Shown here: positions 1 to 11,168 of the stretch, piece after piece
Position numbering within the stretch: position 1 is the stretch's first letter
Layout of the letters: each line of letters begins with the position of its first letter
Position numbers and translations under genes: made by a program
The notes under the pieces: model-generated
The model's database searches: none
The model's input: only the letters and a program-made list of their open reading frames with translations
What the model was told of the DNA's origin: nothing
Assembly: GCF_963921235.1 (NCBI RefSeq)
Contig: NC_086108.1
Location: forward strand, 6,572,001 to 6,635,863
DNA from: Mobula hypostoma
Taxonomy: Eukaryota
Direction: 5' to 3'
Length of the DNA stretch: 63,863 bases

Positions 1-138
1 GTTTTCACTTTGACATGAAAGTTTCTTTTTCTGTTGACCAGTGTCAAAAAAGCCAAATTAAAACCATTGTGATTCAATGTTGTAAATCAATAAAACATGA
101 AAACTTCCAAAGGGGTTGAATACTTTTTATAGGCACTG
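1..138. mobile_element. End of a Tc1/mariner-type DNA transposon (terminal inverted repeat), truncated by the window start
   Basis: Reverse complement reads TA|CAGTGCCTATAAAAAGTATTCAACCCCCTTTGG, a typical Tc1 TIR start, with the TA target at 139-140. Confidence 0.75.
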
Positions 139-259
139 TATTTCAGGTTAACAAGCGTTCATCAGAACTACAAAGATTAAGAAGCGAAATAAATTCTAAA
201 TTGGAGAGAAGAGGAGGAGGGTTAGAGTTCAAAATAAGTTTACTTTGAATGCAAAATCC

Positions 260-760
260 TACAAAAAGTAATGGAGTTGGCCCAGTACATCACAGATAAA
301 GCCTTCCTAACCCACTGAGCACATCTATATGAAAAGCTGTCACAGGAAAGCAGCATCCATCATCAGAGATCCCCACCACCCAGGCCGTGCTGTCTTCTTG
401 CTGCTGCCATCAGGTAGAAGGTACAAGAGCCTCAGGACTCGCACCACCAGGTTCAGGAGCAGTTACTACCCCTCAACCATCAGGCTCTTGAATAAAAGGA
501 GATAACTACACTGACTTGCCCCATCATTGAGATGCTCCCACAACCAATGATCTCACATTAAGGAATCTTTATCTCGTTATCTCATTATTTATTGTTATTT
601 ATTTATATTTCCATTTGCACAGTTTGTTGTCTTCTGCACTCTGGTTGATCTTTCATTGATCCTGTTATAGTTACTATTCTATAGATTTGGTACGTTTGCC
701 CACAGGAAAATCTGGGTTGTATATGATGATATATATGTACTTTGATGATAATATTTATTT
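260..760 (+). mobile_element. Rex1/Babar-type LINE 3' fragment (ORF2 C-terminus and 3' UTR)
   Basis: Encodes a KAASIIRDPHHPGRAVFLLLPSGRRYKSLRTRTTRFRSSYYP-like motif. The same motif recurs in many copies across the window. Confidence 0.75.
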
Positions 761-776
761 TGAAGGTTGATATATG

Positions 777-1082
777 TCACAGTATCCAACCCTGAGATTC
801 ATTTTCTTGGTGGCATTCACAGTAAGTACAAAGAAACACAATAGAATCAGTGAAAGACAGCAGACAACAGGACGGACAGTGTGCAGAAGAGAACAAACTG
901 TGCAAATACAAAAAGAAAAATAATAAATAAATATCAAGAACATGAGTCCTTGAAAGTGAGTCCATAGTTCAGGCCATCGTTGGGGTGAGTGAAGTTATCC
1001 CCTCCATGTGAGCCTGGTGGTTGAGAGGTGATAACTGTTCCAAAACCTGGTGGTGTGGCTCCTGGGGCTCCTTCCTGATGCC
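777..1082 (-). mobile_element. Rex1/Babar-type LINE 3' fragment, tail-to-tail with the previous copy
   Basis: Reverse-complement similarity to 400-760 (AACTGTTCC..AACCTGGTGGTG; CAACCCTGAGATTCATTTTCTTG tail). Confidence 0.65.
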
Positions 1083-1319
1083 AGCAACAAGAGAACAAGA
1101 GGGAGGTCTCGACACCAGGAATGATTAAATACCACATGCGAACAGTTCAGGCTCTTCGGCCCACAATGTCGTGCTAACCTATATAAATACTTCACGATAA
1201 ACCCGACCCTTCTCTCGTACACAGCCCATCGTCCTGCATGTTTCCTACATCCATCTGCCTATCTAAGTCTCTCTTAAATGTCCCTAATTTTATTTAGATT
1301 ATTTATCTTTTAATTAAAT

Positions 1320-1603
1320 ATTTACTTAGAGATGCAGCGCAGAACTGGCCTTTCCAGCCCACACTGCCCAGCAACCCACTGATTTAACCCTCGCCTAATC
1401 ACAGGGCAATTTACAATACTCAATCAACCTACTAACCAATACATCTTTAGACTATGGGAGGAAGCCAGAGCACCTGGAGGAAACCTATGCACGCACACGT
1501 TAAGAGCTTACAAACCTTCTTACAGAGGACGCCAGAGCTGAACTCACAACTCCACCCACAGCTGTAGTAGTGTTGAGCTAACCACCATGCTACTCTGCTG
1601 CCC
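1320..1603 (-). mobile_element. tRNA-derived V-SINE (HE1-like)
   Basis: Conserved V-domain in reverse (GGAGGAAGCCAGAGCACCTGGAGGAAACC). Related copies lie near 7120-7400, 9240-9440, 18310-18505, 26240-26480, 36700-36970, 42100-42310, 44300-44570 and 53100-53230. Confidence 0.7.
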
Positions 1604-1904
1604 TGTGTGTCAACCTCTAACACGACTTCCAGCAGCGTACTCCAGGCACCCGGTCGTGCTCTGTGTTTCAACTATCTCTGACATCTCCCCCGAAGTTTCC
1701 CCCACCCAGCTTAAACAGATGTCCTCTGCTATGGGGCATTGTTGCCCTGGGAATCGTGATACACTCTCTTCTGCCTCTAATAATCTGTAACAGCTCTGCT
1801 CCCACCCTCCGTCGCTCCAAAGGAAAAGCCCCAGCTCGCACAACCTACCCGCGTAAGACATGCTCGCTAATCCAGGCAGCGTTCTGGTGAATCTCCTTTG
1901 ATTG

Positions 1905-2215
1905 AAGTCAGCTGCAGAAAGTTGTGAACTCAGTCAGCTCAGTCACGGGCACTCGCCTCCGTAGTATCCATGACATCTTCAAAGAGCGATGCCTCAGAAA
2001 GGCAGCACCCATCCTTAAGGACCACCCTCACTCAGTTCACGCCCTCTTCTCATTGCTACCATCAGGGAGGAGGTTCAGGAGCCTGAAGACACACACTCAG
2101 CAACTCAGGAACAGCTTCTTCCCCTCTGCTATCCCATTTCTGAATGGACATTGAACCCATGAACACTACCTCACTTCCTTTTTTTTTCTTTTTTTGCACT
2201 ACTTATTTAACTACA
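1905..2215 (+). mobile_element. Rex1/Babar-type LINE 3' fragment
   Basis: ORF 1924-2154 reads HSVHALFSLLPSGRRFRSLKTHTQQLRNSFFPSAI. Near-identical peptides occur at 9461-9697(-), 26592-26786 and 30356-30544. Confidence 0.75.
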
Positions 2216-2744
2216 AATTTCAAGACGATATTAAACCTAATTCTGATTCTGATTTCTGCCGCTCTCTGTGAGGAGTTTGTATCTTCTCCCGGTCACTGCA
2301 TGTGTTCCCGCTGGGTGCTCCAGTTTTCTTGCACAGTCCAAAGACTTGGGGGTTAGAGTTTATAAATTGTGAGCTTGCCCAGAGTGTGGCAACACTTGTG
2401 GGCTTGCCCTGACGCGTCGGACGCCACTCTTTGTCACAGCAGTGCTGGTGTTTGTGTGAGGTTTCTTTGCGTGTAAGTTTTTGCCACGGTGGCAAAACCC
2501 TTCGTTGCCTGTAAAACTCTAAAGGGTGATCTGAGAGGGACGTGAATGGTGATTTAGAAATTTAGAAATTTTTCCCTTTTCAGTCTTTAATGAGGAAAGA
2601 ATACAAATATTATTAGCAACTCTTCTAAATACTGTCACCATATGCGCATTTACCGTGAATTACCCTGATGTGTAATAACTACATTATTGTTCAGTTTTCC
2701 TTAAGAAAATAACCACTCTTGTTCTTACCTCCAACAGTGGCTGC

Positions 2745-3400
2745 AGATGACCATGTACAGCTAAGACCCTATGAACTCTACTGTAGAGCTGGGATCCTGT
2801 GGACCATCCATTGGACATCTAAGACCCTTTGGACCATCCAACGGACATCTAAGACCATGTTGACTATCCAATGGACAGCTTAGACACTATAGTCCATCCA
2901 TTAGACAGCTGAGACCTCGTAGACCATCCAATGGACGGCGAAGACTATGTGGACCGTCCAATGAAAAGCTGAGACCCCATGGACTACCCAATGGACAGCT
3001 GAGCCCCTGTGAACCATCCAATGGACTGCTAAGACCCTGTGAACCATCCAGTGTAGAGCTAGGACCTGGTGAATTATCCAATATATAGCTGGGATCCAGT
3101 TGACCATTTTATGTACAGCTAAGATCCTATAAACCATTCAATGTCCACCTAAGGTCCTCTTGACCATTCAATGTCCACCTAGGGTCCAGTAGACTATTCA
3201 GTGCCTACCTGGGTCATTTGGACCATTCAATGTTCATCCAGGGTCATTTGGAACATTCAATGTCCATCCAGGGTCATGTGGACCATTCAACGTCCACCTA
3301 GACTCATAAGGACCATTCAATGACCATCCAAGGTCCTGTGGACCATTCAATGTATGGTGAGGATACCATTCTCTATGTACCACTGGGATTCTACGGACCA
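2745..3400. repeat. Degenerate 30-bp tandem array, about 21 units
   Basis: Consensus near GGACCATCCAATGGACAGCTAAGACCCTGT in the left part and GGACCATTCAATGTCCACCTAGGGTCCTGT in the right part. A period of 30 is visible in the 60-nt lines. Confidence 0.9.
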
Positions 3401-4076
3401 GTAGCTCTCTGAAGCAGATACCCACCGCCTAGTTCTGAGCAGAGAGCCAGTACACATTCACAGACACAAGCTATGGACTTTGTATGGTTCCTTGTATCTG
3501 GCCATCTCCATGATGTACTGTAGGAACGTTAAAAATATCTAAAGCAGAGGGAATGCATTGAAGGTGAGAGGGGGTAGGTTCAAAGGGGATGTGAGGGGTA
3601 AGTTCTTCACTCAGAGAGTAGTGCTGGTATGATGGTAGAGGCAAATACATTTGAGGCTTTTAAAAGACCTTTGCACAGGCACATGAACATCAGGAGATGG
3701 AGGGATGCGGACATTGCGTAGGTGAGAGGGATTAGTTCTTGGAGATTTTTGATTTGCGTTTTAGCTAGTTTGACACAGCATTGTGGGCTGTTCCCATGCT
3801 GTACTCTTCTAGGTTCTATCTACATCAAACCATACAGGGAAATGTTGGTGTTACCCATTCGTGTTTAAGATCAAGGTGTGCAGGGGGCAGCCACAAGTGT
3901 CGCCGCACATTCTGGCACCAACATAGCGTGTCCACAATCCTTGGCAAAGCGATACAGAGCACAGCATTCACAAAAAAAACATAAATTAAAGTTTATACAT
4001 AGAATTTAGTATAGTACAGGCCCTTCGGCCCACAATGTTATGCCAACATTTAATCTAATCTAAGATCAGTCTAACA

Positions 4077-4156
4077 TAGGGGTTCCCAACCTGGGGTCCA
4101 AGGATCCCTTGTTTAATGGTGTTGGTCCATGGCGTAAACAAGGTTGGGAACCCCTG
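4077..4156. mobile_element. 80-bp hAT/Charlie-like MITE
   Basis: TIRs AGGGGTTCCCAACCT ... AGGTTGGGAACCCCT; it interrupts a CR1-tail fragment. The TSD is not clean. Confidence 0.75.
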
Positions 4157-4395
4157 ATTTTTAACACACTCTTCCCTCATATTCTTCTATTTTCCTATCA
4201 TCCATGTGCCTATCTAAGAACTTTTTAAATGCTCCTAGCAAACCCGCCTCCATCACCACCCCTGACAGTATCTACCTCTGACATCCCCCTATACTATCCT
4301 CCAATTATCTTTCAATTGTGACCCCTGATATTAGCCATTTCTGCCCTGGGGAACAAAAGTGCTGGCTTCCAATACAATGGTATTAACTATAATTA

Positions 4396-5272
4396 ATGAG
4401 GAGGATGCAGGGTGACTTGGATAGGTTAGGTGAGTGGGCAAATTCATGGCAGATGCAATTTAATGTGGATAAATGTGAGGTTCTCCACTTTGGTGGCAAA
4501 AACAGGAAAACAGATTATTATCTAAATGGTGGCCGATTAGGAAAAGGGGAGGTGCAACGAGACCTAGATGTCATTATACACCAGTCATTGAAAGTGGGCA
4601 TGCAGGTACAGCAGGCCGTGAAAAAGGCGAATGGTATGCTGGCATTTATAGCGAGAGGATTCGAGTACAGGAGCAGGGAGGTACTACTGCAGTTGTACAA
4701 GGCCTTGGTGAGACCACACCTGGAGTATTGTGTGCAGTTTTGGTCCCCAAATCTGAGGAAAGACATTCTTGCCATAGAGGGAGTACAAAGAAGATTCACC
4801 AGATTGATTCCTGGGATGGCAGGACTTTCATAAATGACTGGATCGACTAGGCTTATACTTTCTGGAATTCAGAAGATTGAGGGGGGATCTTATTGAAACG
4901 TATAAAATTCTAAAGAGATTGGACAGGCTAGATGCAGGAAGATTGTTCCCGATGTTGGGGAAGTCCAGAACAAGGGGTCACAGTTTAAGGATAAAGGGGA
5001 AGCCTTTTAGGGCCGAAATGAGGAAAAACTTCTTCACACAGAGAGTGGTGAATCTGTGGAATTCTCTGCCACAGGAGACAGTTGAGGCCAGATCATTGGC
5101 TATATTTAAGAGGGAGTTAGATATGGCCCTCGTGGCTAAAGGGATCAGGGGGTATGGAGGGAAGGCTGGTACAGGGTTGTGAGTTGGATGATCAGCCATG
5201 ATCATACTGAATGGCGGTGCAGGCTCGAAGGGCTGAATGGCCTACACCTGCACCTATTTTCTGTGTTTCTGT
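4396..5272 (+). mobile_element. CR1-clade LINE, 5'-truncated (RT C-terminal region and 3' UTR)
   Basis: ORFs 4396-4833 and 4877-5182 contain WQMQFNVDKCEVLHFG, LVRPHLEYCVQFWSP and FFTQRVVNLWNSLP. The 3' tail ends TATTTTCTGTGTTTCTG. Confidence 0.92.
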
Positions 5273-5347
5273 ATACATGAAATGTAGGGTCCATCTGCTG
5301 TGTGTTCATATCACCACTGTAGTAGAGGTGGCTTTGGTGTATTGGGT

Positions 5348-5790
5348 TGTTGTGATGTGAACAAAGGTCAGCAGAGAGACAGCTGAAGCTAGCGGACACA
5401 GAAGTGTCTTATTCAGTAAAAATGAGCAGCAGGCATCATATTGAGACACTCTTAGAGGAAGAGGCCTCCTGACCCAATATTACACAACATTTTGTATGAT
5501 AAAGATCAAAGGTAACAGCAGGACAATTCTTTGGTTGCAATGTATCTACAATACTTCCTTTGAATTACATATAGTTTCACACACCACCACCTTCCCACCC
5601 ACTCTCCAGACACCCAGAATGAATGTTAATCAGCATTGTCTGGTTGGTAATCAACGGCAATCCACAGCTCCAAGAAAGCAATTGTTCAGGGCTGCATTTT
5701 AAGTTCAGTCTACTATCCACATTGTGGTTGCTGGTGAAATTAATATTTCCTATATACCCAAACTCCAGAATATGCCCCGAAACCACAACA
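5348..5790 (-). mobile_element. Solo-LTR-like element, copy 1
   Basis: Inverted termini TGTTGTG...CACAACA; colinear with 8487-8973. Confidence 0.65.
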
Positions 5791-7489
5791 GATTGTTTCG
5801 AAGAAGGGCGTCAGCCTGAAAGGTTGACTGTTTATCCCCCTCCATAGATGCTGCCTGACCTGCTGAGTTCCCCCAGCATATCGTGTGTGGTTCTCTAGTT
5901 ATTTTCACTGTTCTTTTTAGGAGCTTACAGTTTGCAAACTGGCTGTTTCCTACATTCCAACGCTTCAAAATTAAAAGTAAATTTTGTCATCAAAGTACAT
6001 ATATGTCACCATATACCAGCCTGAGATTTGCTGGTATACCCAATGACTTGGCCTTCACAGTTATCTGTCACAATGCATTCCACCCTTTGGCGAAAGAAGA
6101 TCCTCCTCGTCTCCGTTCTGAATGGACGTCCCTCTGGTCTGAGACTCCTCCACCATGGGAAACACCCTCTCCACATCCACACTATCGAGGGCTTTCAACA
6201 TTCGATAGGTTTCAATGAAGTCACTCCTCCTCATTCTTCACACAATAGAATTAATGAAAACTACACACAAACAACCACTGTGCAAAAAATGCAAATACAA
6301 AAAATAAAAAAAAACAAAATAATAGTAAATAAACAAATAATGTATATTGAGATCATGAGTTGTAGAGTCTTTGAAAGTGAGTCCAAAGGGTTGTGGAATC
6401 AGTTCAGTGTTGAGGTGAGTGAAGTTATCCTCAACGGTTCAGGAGCCTGATGTTTGCAGGATAATAAATTCAGTAACTTGGCAACACATCAAAATTAGTT
6501 CACTGATTATCATATGTTTGGAATGCAGAACAATAGAATTGTATTTTTTTCTCAATTCTCTCTCTACAGAAGCTATATTCAGGAAAATAGTGAGATATTC
6601 ACAGTTATTCGCATTTATTTGTGTGTATTGCTTTGGATTTGCAAAAGTCTTTTGTTATTTGCAATAACATTTTTGAGTGCTGCTCTTGAACATATGATAA
6701 TTGCATCAAAGAATCCAATTCTGAACCTTAATGGCAAAAGATTGATGTTTTCAAATGTTTCTTGTCTTTGGAAACACTGATGTATGTTGCTTGAATTTCC
6801 AGCATCTGCAGAATTCCTGTTGTTTGCGTTTAAATTCTAAGTAAAGATTTAGGTTTATTTATCACGTGTACATTGAAACATACAGTGAAATGCCTCGTTT
6901 GTGGTAACAACCAACACACCCAAGGACGTGCTGGGGGCAGCCCGCAAGTGTCGTCACACGTTCTGGCACCGGCGCAGCATGGCACACCCACAATGCAAGA
7001 GCAAAACAAGGCGTGTTTTCCTCCCTCCCACCCACTGAAATACACAGACAGTCCTCCCATCTCCAGGACAGGCCACTGGGCCCTCGGGCGACAACTCCTG
7101 GACTTCTGATTGATCAGCATTTTATTGAGGTACAACACAGTTCAAGCTCTTTTGGGCCTTGGAGCCACTCCACTTCAGCAGCCCCCCATTTAACCCTAAC
7201 CTAACCATGGGACAATTTACAATGACTAATTAACCTACCCGGTACGCCTTTGGACATTGGGAGGAAACCAGAGCACCTGGAGGAAACCCACGCCTTCTAC
7301 GGGGAGGATGTACAGAGACTCCTTACGGAGGGGGCAGGATTGAACTCTGAACTCTGCCCATCTGAGCTGTAACTGCGTCACACTAACCACTGTACTACTG
7401 CCCCCCCCCCCCCAATGGTGGGACAGGGTTTTGCAGACAAGGCTGCTGTTTGGTACGCTGTGCAGGAGGTTCTGGGATGTGTGAGGTGT

Positions 7490-7905
7490 CCAGGGAGGGG
7501 TAGCACATCAGTGAAGGGGCTTGTCGTGTCCATTCCAGGGCAGCTCACTCACCTTTGGTCCCCACCGGACACCCAGCTCTCCCCTGTGGCTCCAAGCAGC
7601 TGTCTGCATGTGACACAGGGCCCATCCCAGTACTTTGCTGCGACAGGCGGGCTAAACCAAATGAGGGTTGCTGGTAGCCTCGTAGTGCAGTGAGACAGGA
7701 ACCTGGCCGTTCTAGCATTCAAAGCCAGCTCTAGTGGGCTCGGTGGATTAGATCCAATGGCCAGGAGGGCGGTTCTGCGATGCTTTGTGGAGACTACCGC
7801 AAACAAAGAAGAGCCCAGTTTGTGACAACTATTGGTACCACTGGACCCGAAGGTGCGAGGTTGAGGGCGTTGTACTGCCCCACTTTGAAGACTCTCACGC
7901 ACAGG
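7490..7905 (+). mobile_element. Non-autonomous interspersed repeat (probably RTE-related)
   Basis: Colinear copies at about 33875-34400 (+) and 51240-51732 (-) share GTGAAGGGGCTTG..TCACCTTTGGTCCCCACC..CTGTGGCTCCAAG. The family assignment is tentative. Confidence 0.6.
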
Positions 7906-7989
7906 CCTCAGACTCAGGTTTAATATCACAGGTATTTGTCATGAAATTTGTTGGATACGATGGACAACTGCCCAGGAGGTACTGACGGA

Positions 7990-8340
7990 GGATAAGAGGT
8001 GACCTGATAATGAGAGGCATTGATCGTGTGGATAGTCAGGAGGCTTTTTCCCAGGGCTGAAATGGCTAACACGAGAGGACACAGTTTTAAGGTGCTTGGA
8101 AGTAGGTACAGAGGAGATGTCAGGGGTAAGTTTTTTTTTACGCAGAGAGTGGTGAGTGCGTGGAATGGGCTGCCAGCGGTGGAAACGGTGGGGTCTTTTA
8201 AGAAACTCCTGGATGGATACATGCAGCTTAGAAAAATAGAGGGCTATGGGTAAAGCCTAGGTAGTTCTAAGGTAAGGACATGTTCGGCACAGCTTTGTGG
8301 GCTGAAGGGCCTGTATTGTGCTATAGGTTTTCTATGTTTC
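7990..8340 (+). mobile_element. CR1 LINE 3' end
   Basis: LFPRAEMANTRGHSFKV...FFTQRVVSAWNGLP, with a TTTTCTATGTTTCT tail. Confidence 0.85.
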
Positions 8341-8486
8341 TTCAGCTTTGTTCACAGTATTCCCAAAATTTAATGGGTTAGGGTGTATGTGGAGGACTGA
8401 ATGGCCTTGTTTGTATTTCAGTGATTCCAAGGGCTGATTCTGAAAGGAGCCCCAATGTAGGATGAAAGTTGTCCACCTAACCATTG

Positions 8487-8973
8487 TGTTGTGACTGTGA
8501 GCAAAGTCACTGGAGAGACGCTGAAGCTACTGGATACAGAAGTGTTTATTCAGCAAAACCAGCAGCAGTCATCATATTTGAGCCACTCTGGGTCAGGCAG
8601 GCCTCTTCCTCCTAATGTCACATGACATTTTTATATGCTAATGAGTAAAGGTAACAGCAGGACAATTCTGTAGTTACAATGTGTCTGCAATGCTTCCTTT
8701 CAATTACATACAGTTTTGAAACACCTTCACACCCTCACTCCAGACACCCAAAATGACCCTAGGCTGCATTCATGCAGATGCTGGCACCTGAGGTCAAGTG
8801 GAATGTTCCTTTGTTTGTGATTGAGCCCAACCTGCAGCTCCAGGAAGCCCATTATTCTGAGCTGTTTTAAATTCAATCTGCAATCCACATTCAAATCTGA
8901 AGATCTGAAAATCTGTTAGTGAAATTAATATTTGCTATATATTCTAACTGCAGAATACACCCAGAGAACAGCA
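8487..8973 (-). mobile_element. Solo-LTR-like element, copy 2
   Basis: Starts TGTTGTG and ends ...AACAGCA. AATAAA is on the minus strand (GTTTATTC at ~8544). Shares AAAGGTAACAGCAGGACAATTCT and GTGAAATTAATATTT with copy 1. Confidence 0.65.
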
Positions 8974-9454
8974 AATTTGGTTTGAGTGATAGAACAGGTT
9001 GGTACTCCAGTCCATTGCTGGAGCTCCCATCTTCCAAATGAAAGATGGAATAAAGACACACAGTGATGCAGAACAGAGCTTCATAGAGACATACCCTTCA
9101 GCCCAGCTGGTCAATGCCAACCAAGATTCCCATCTAGTCCTATCAGATTCGGGCTTAATAACACCAGCAGATGTCGTGAAATTTGTTTTCCTTGCAGAAG
9201 CAGTACATTGCGATACATAATAATTACTGCCCCAAGCTATAAGTTCATTCTCCCTGTGACCGTGTGGGTTTCCTCCGGGTGCTCCAGTTTCCTCCCACAG
9301 TCCAAAGACGTATCAGTTGGGAGGTTAATTGGTCGTTGTAAATAGTCCAGTGATTAGACCAGGATTAACTGGGCAGTTGCTGGGCAGCATGGCGTGAAGA
9401 GCCAGAAGGGCCTGTTCCACACTGTATGTCAATAAATTAAATAATGTAATGAGG

Positions 9455-9760
9455 TAGTGTTCATGGGTTCAATGTCCATTCAGAAATCTGATGGCAGAGG
9501 GGAAGAAGCTGTTCCTGAATCGCTGAGTGTGTCTTCGGGCTCCTGTACCTCCTCCCTGATGGTAGCAATGAGAAGAGGGCATGACCTGGGTGGTGGTGGT
9601 CCTTAATGATGGATGCTGCCTTTTTGAGGCATCGCTCCTTGAAGATGTCCCGGATACTATGGAGTCTGGTGCCCATGATGGAGCTGACTGAGTTCACAAC
9701 TCTGCAGTTTATTTAGATCCTGTGCAGCACACCACCCCATACCAGACGGTGATGCAACTT
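9455..9760 (-). mobile_element. Rex1/Babar-type LINE 3' fragment
   Basis: ORF 9461-9697 reads KAASIIKDHHHPGHALFSLLPSGRRYRS. Confidence 0.75.
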
Positions 9761-9884
9761 CACAGCAGCGATGTGAAGAAGAGCATCTCTGAACCTTCAT
9801 CTTTATAACTGGAGCAGTCTGGACTCCAACAAACGATTCTGCGCTCCTTCAGAGAAGAGGCATTCCACCCGCTGTCCCTGTGCG

Positions 9885-10155
9885 CGGTAGCATAGTAGTG
9901 GTTAGCACAGCACCTCACAGTACCAGCAACCCCGGTTCAATTCCCACCACTGACTCTGAAGATTTGTACGTTCTCCCCATTACCATGTGAGTTTCCTCTG
10001 GGTTCTCTGGTTTCCTCCCACAGTTCGCAGACTTATCAATTGGCAGGTTACTTGATCATTGAAAATTGTACCATGATTAGGCTAGGATTAAATCAGGGGT
10101 TGCTGGGCGATGCGGCTTGAAGCTTTTCCGCGCTGTAGCTCAAGAAATAAATAAA
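9885..10155 (+). mobile_element. Near full-length tRNA-derived V-SINE with Pol III A/B boxes
   Basis: A-box-like TAGCATAGTAGTGG, B-box GGTTCAATTCC, V-domain GTACGTTCTCCCC..GTTTCCTCTGGG..GGTTTCCTCCCACAG and an (AAAT)n tail. Confidence 0.8.
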
Positions 10156-10342
10156 CAGGAAACATATGATCTAGTCATCCGCTCATCTGTGGTTTCCAGA
10201 ATCTGTCCAGGTGAAATGTCATTCCAATACTACAAGCATGAAAAACTCTTTATCAATCCATTTGATTGTGTGAAGCAGTTGTTCGATCCACGGTAGGTTT
10301 CTGAATAAAGTGACTGGAGATAAAGAGAAATGTGGGTAAACA

Positions 10343-10838
10343 TAGTACTGAGCAAAAGTCTGAGGCACATGTATATAACTAGGGTGCTTTACGTATTGCA
10401 CTGTACTGCTGCCACAAAACAAAACGAATTTCATGATGTATGTGAGTGATGATAAACCTGATTCTGATCTGGGTCTCTATTGTGGACTAAGAGTGTGAAG
10501 GGGACAGGGAGAAAGGAATCATGTTTGGGAAAAGGGGAAGGGAGAAAGGAGCGCGCGGGAAGAACCAAAGAGACATTCCGCAATGATCAATAAACTAATT
10601 GTTTGGAACCAGATGACCTTGCCTGGTGTCTCAGGGCTGAGAGTGTCTGCACCCCCCTCACCCCTCGCACTCCTGCCCTGCCACCTGTCCTGCTGTGCTC
10701 CACTCTTGCCGTTCCCAACATCCTTTGCTCTTGCCAGATTTACAAACTCGCTCTTTACCCCATGTTGACGAGTACAATACTGGTGCCAAGTCTTACCCAC
10801 CCTAGCTATATTTATGTGCGTTAAGCCTTTCGCACACC
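10343..10838. mobile_element. Composite MITE-like unit bounded by two inverted ~65-bp Tc1-type mini-hairpins
   Basis: Left block 10343-10408 contains GCACATGTATATAACTAGGGTG. Right block 10775-10838 contains CACCCTAGCTATATTTATGTGC (19/22 match to the reverse complement). Termini resemble CAGTACTGTGCAAAAG. Confidence 0.55.
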
Positions 10839-11168
10839 ATGGAAGGCAGGGGTATGCTCCAGGTGCAGATCGATGGGGTCAGGCAGATTAAAAAGTTCGG
10901 CACAGACCGGAATGAATACAGCTTCTATAGCAATTGGTTAGACTCCCCACAGCAACTCAATGAAGTGACGCGCCTGATCAATGCGTGCACTTCACAGAGA
11001 GAAAATTAAAGCTCACACATGCAAAAACAAGTTCTTGACTTTGTTTATTGGTGGAGGCAGATGTACGCAGGATAGAAATGCCATGAAAATTAGCTCATCA
11101 CAACATCAGATTAAGATTAGCTTCCTTTGTCACATGTACTGCTCATCAAAACTTCGAAATGTGTTCTA

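Noticed and set aside
9885..9955. Possible tRNA gene (A and B boxes)
   Set aside because: It continues into a V-SINE core and tail, with no complete cloverleaf. It is a SINE head.
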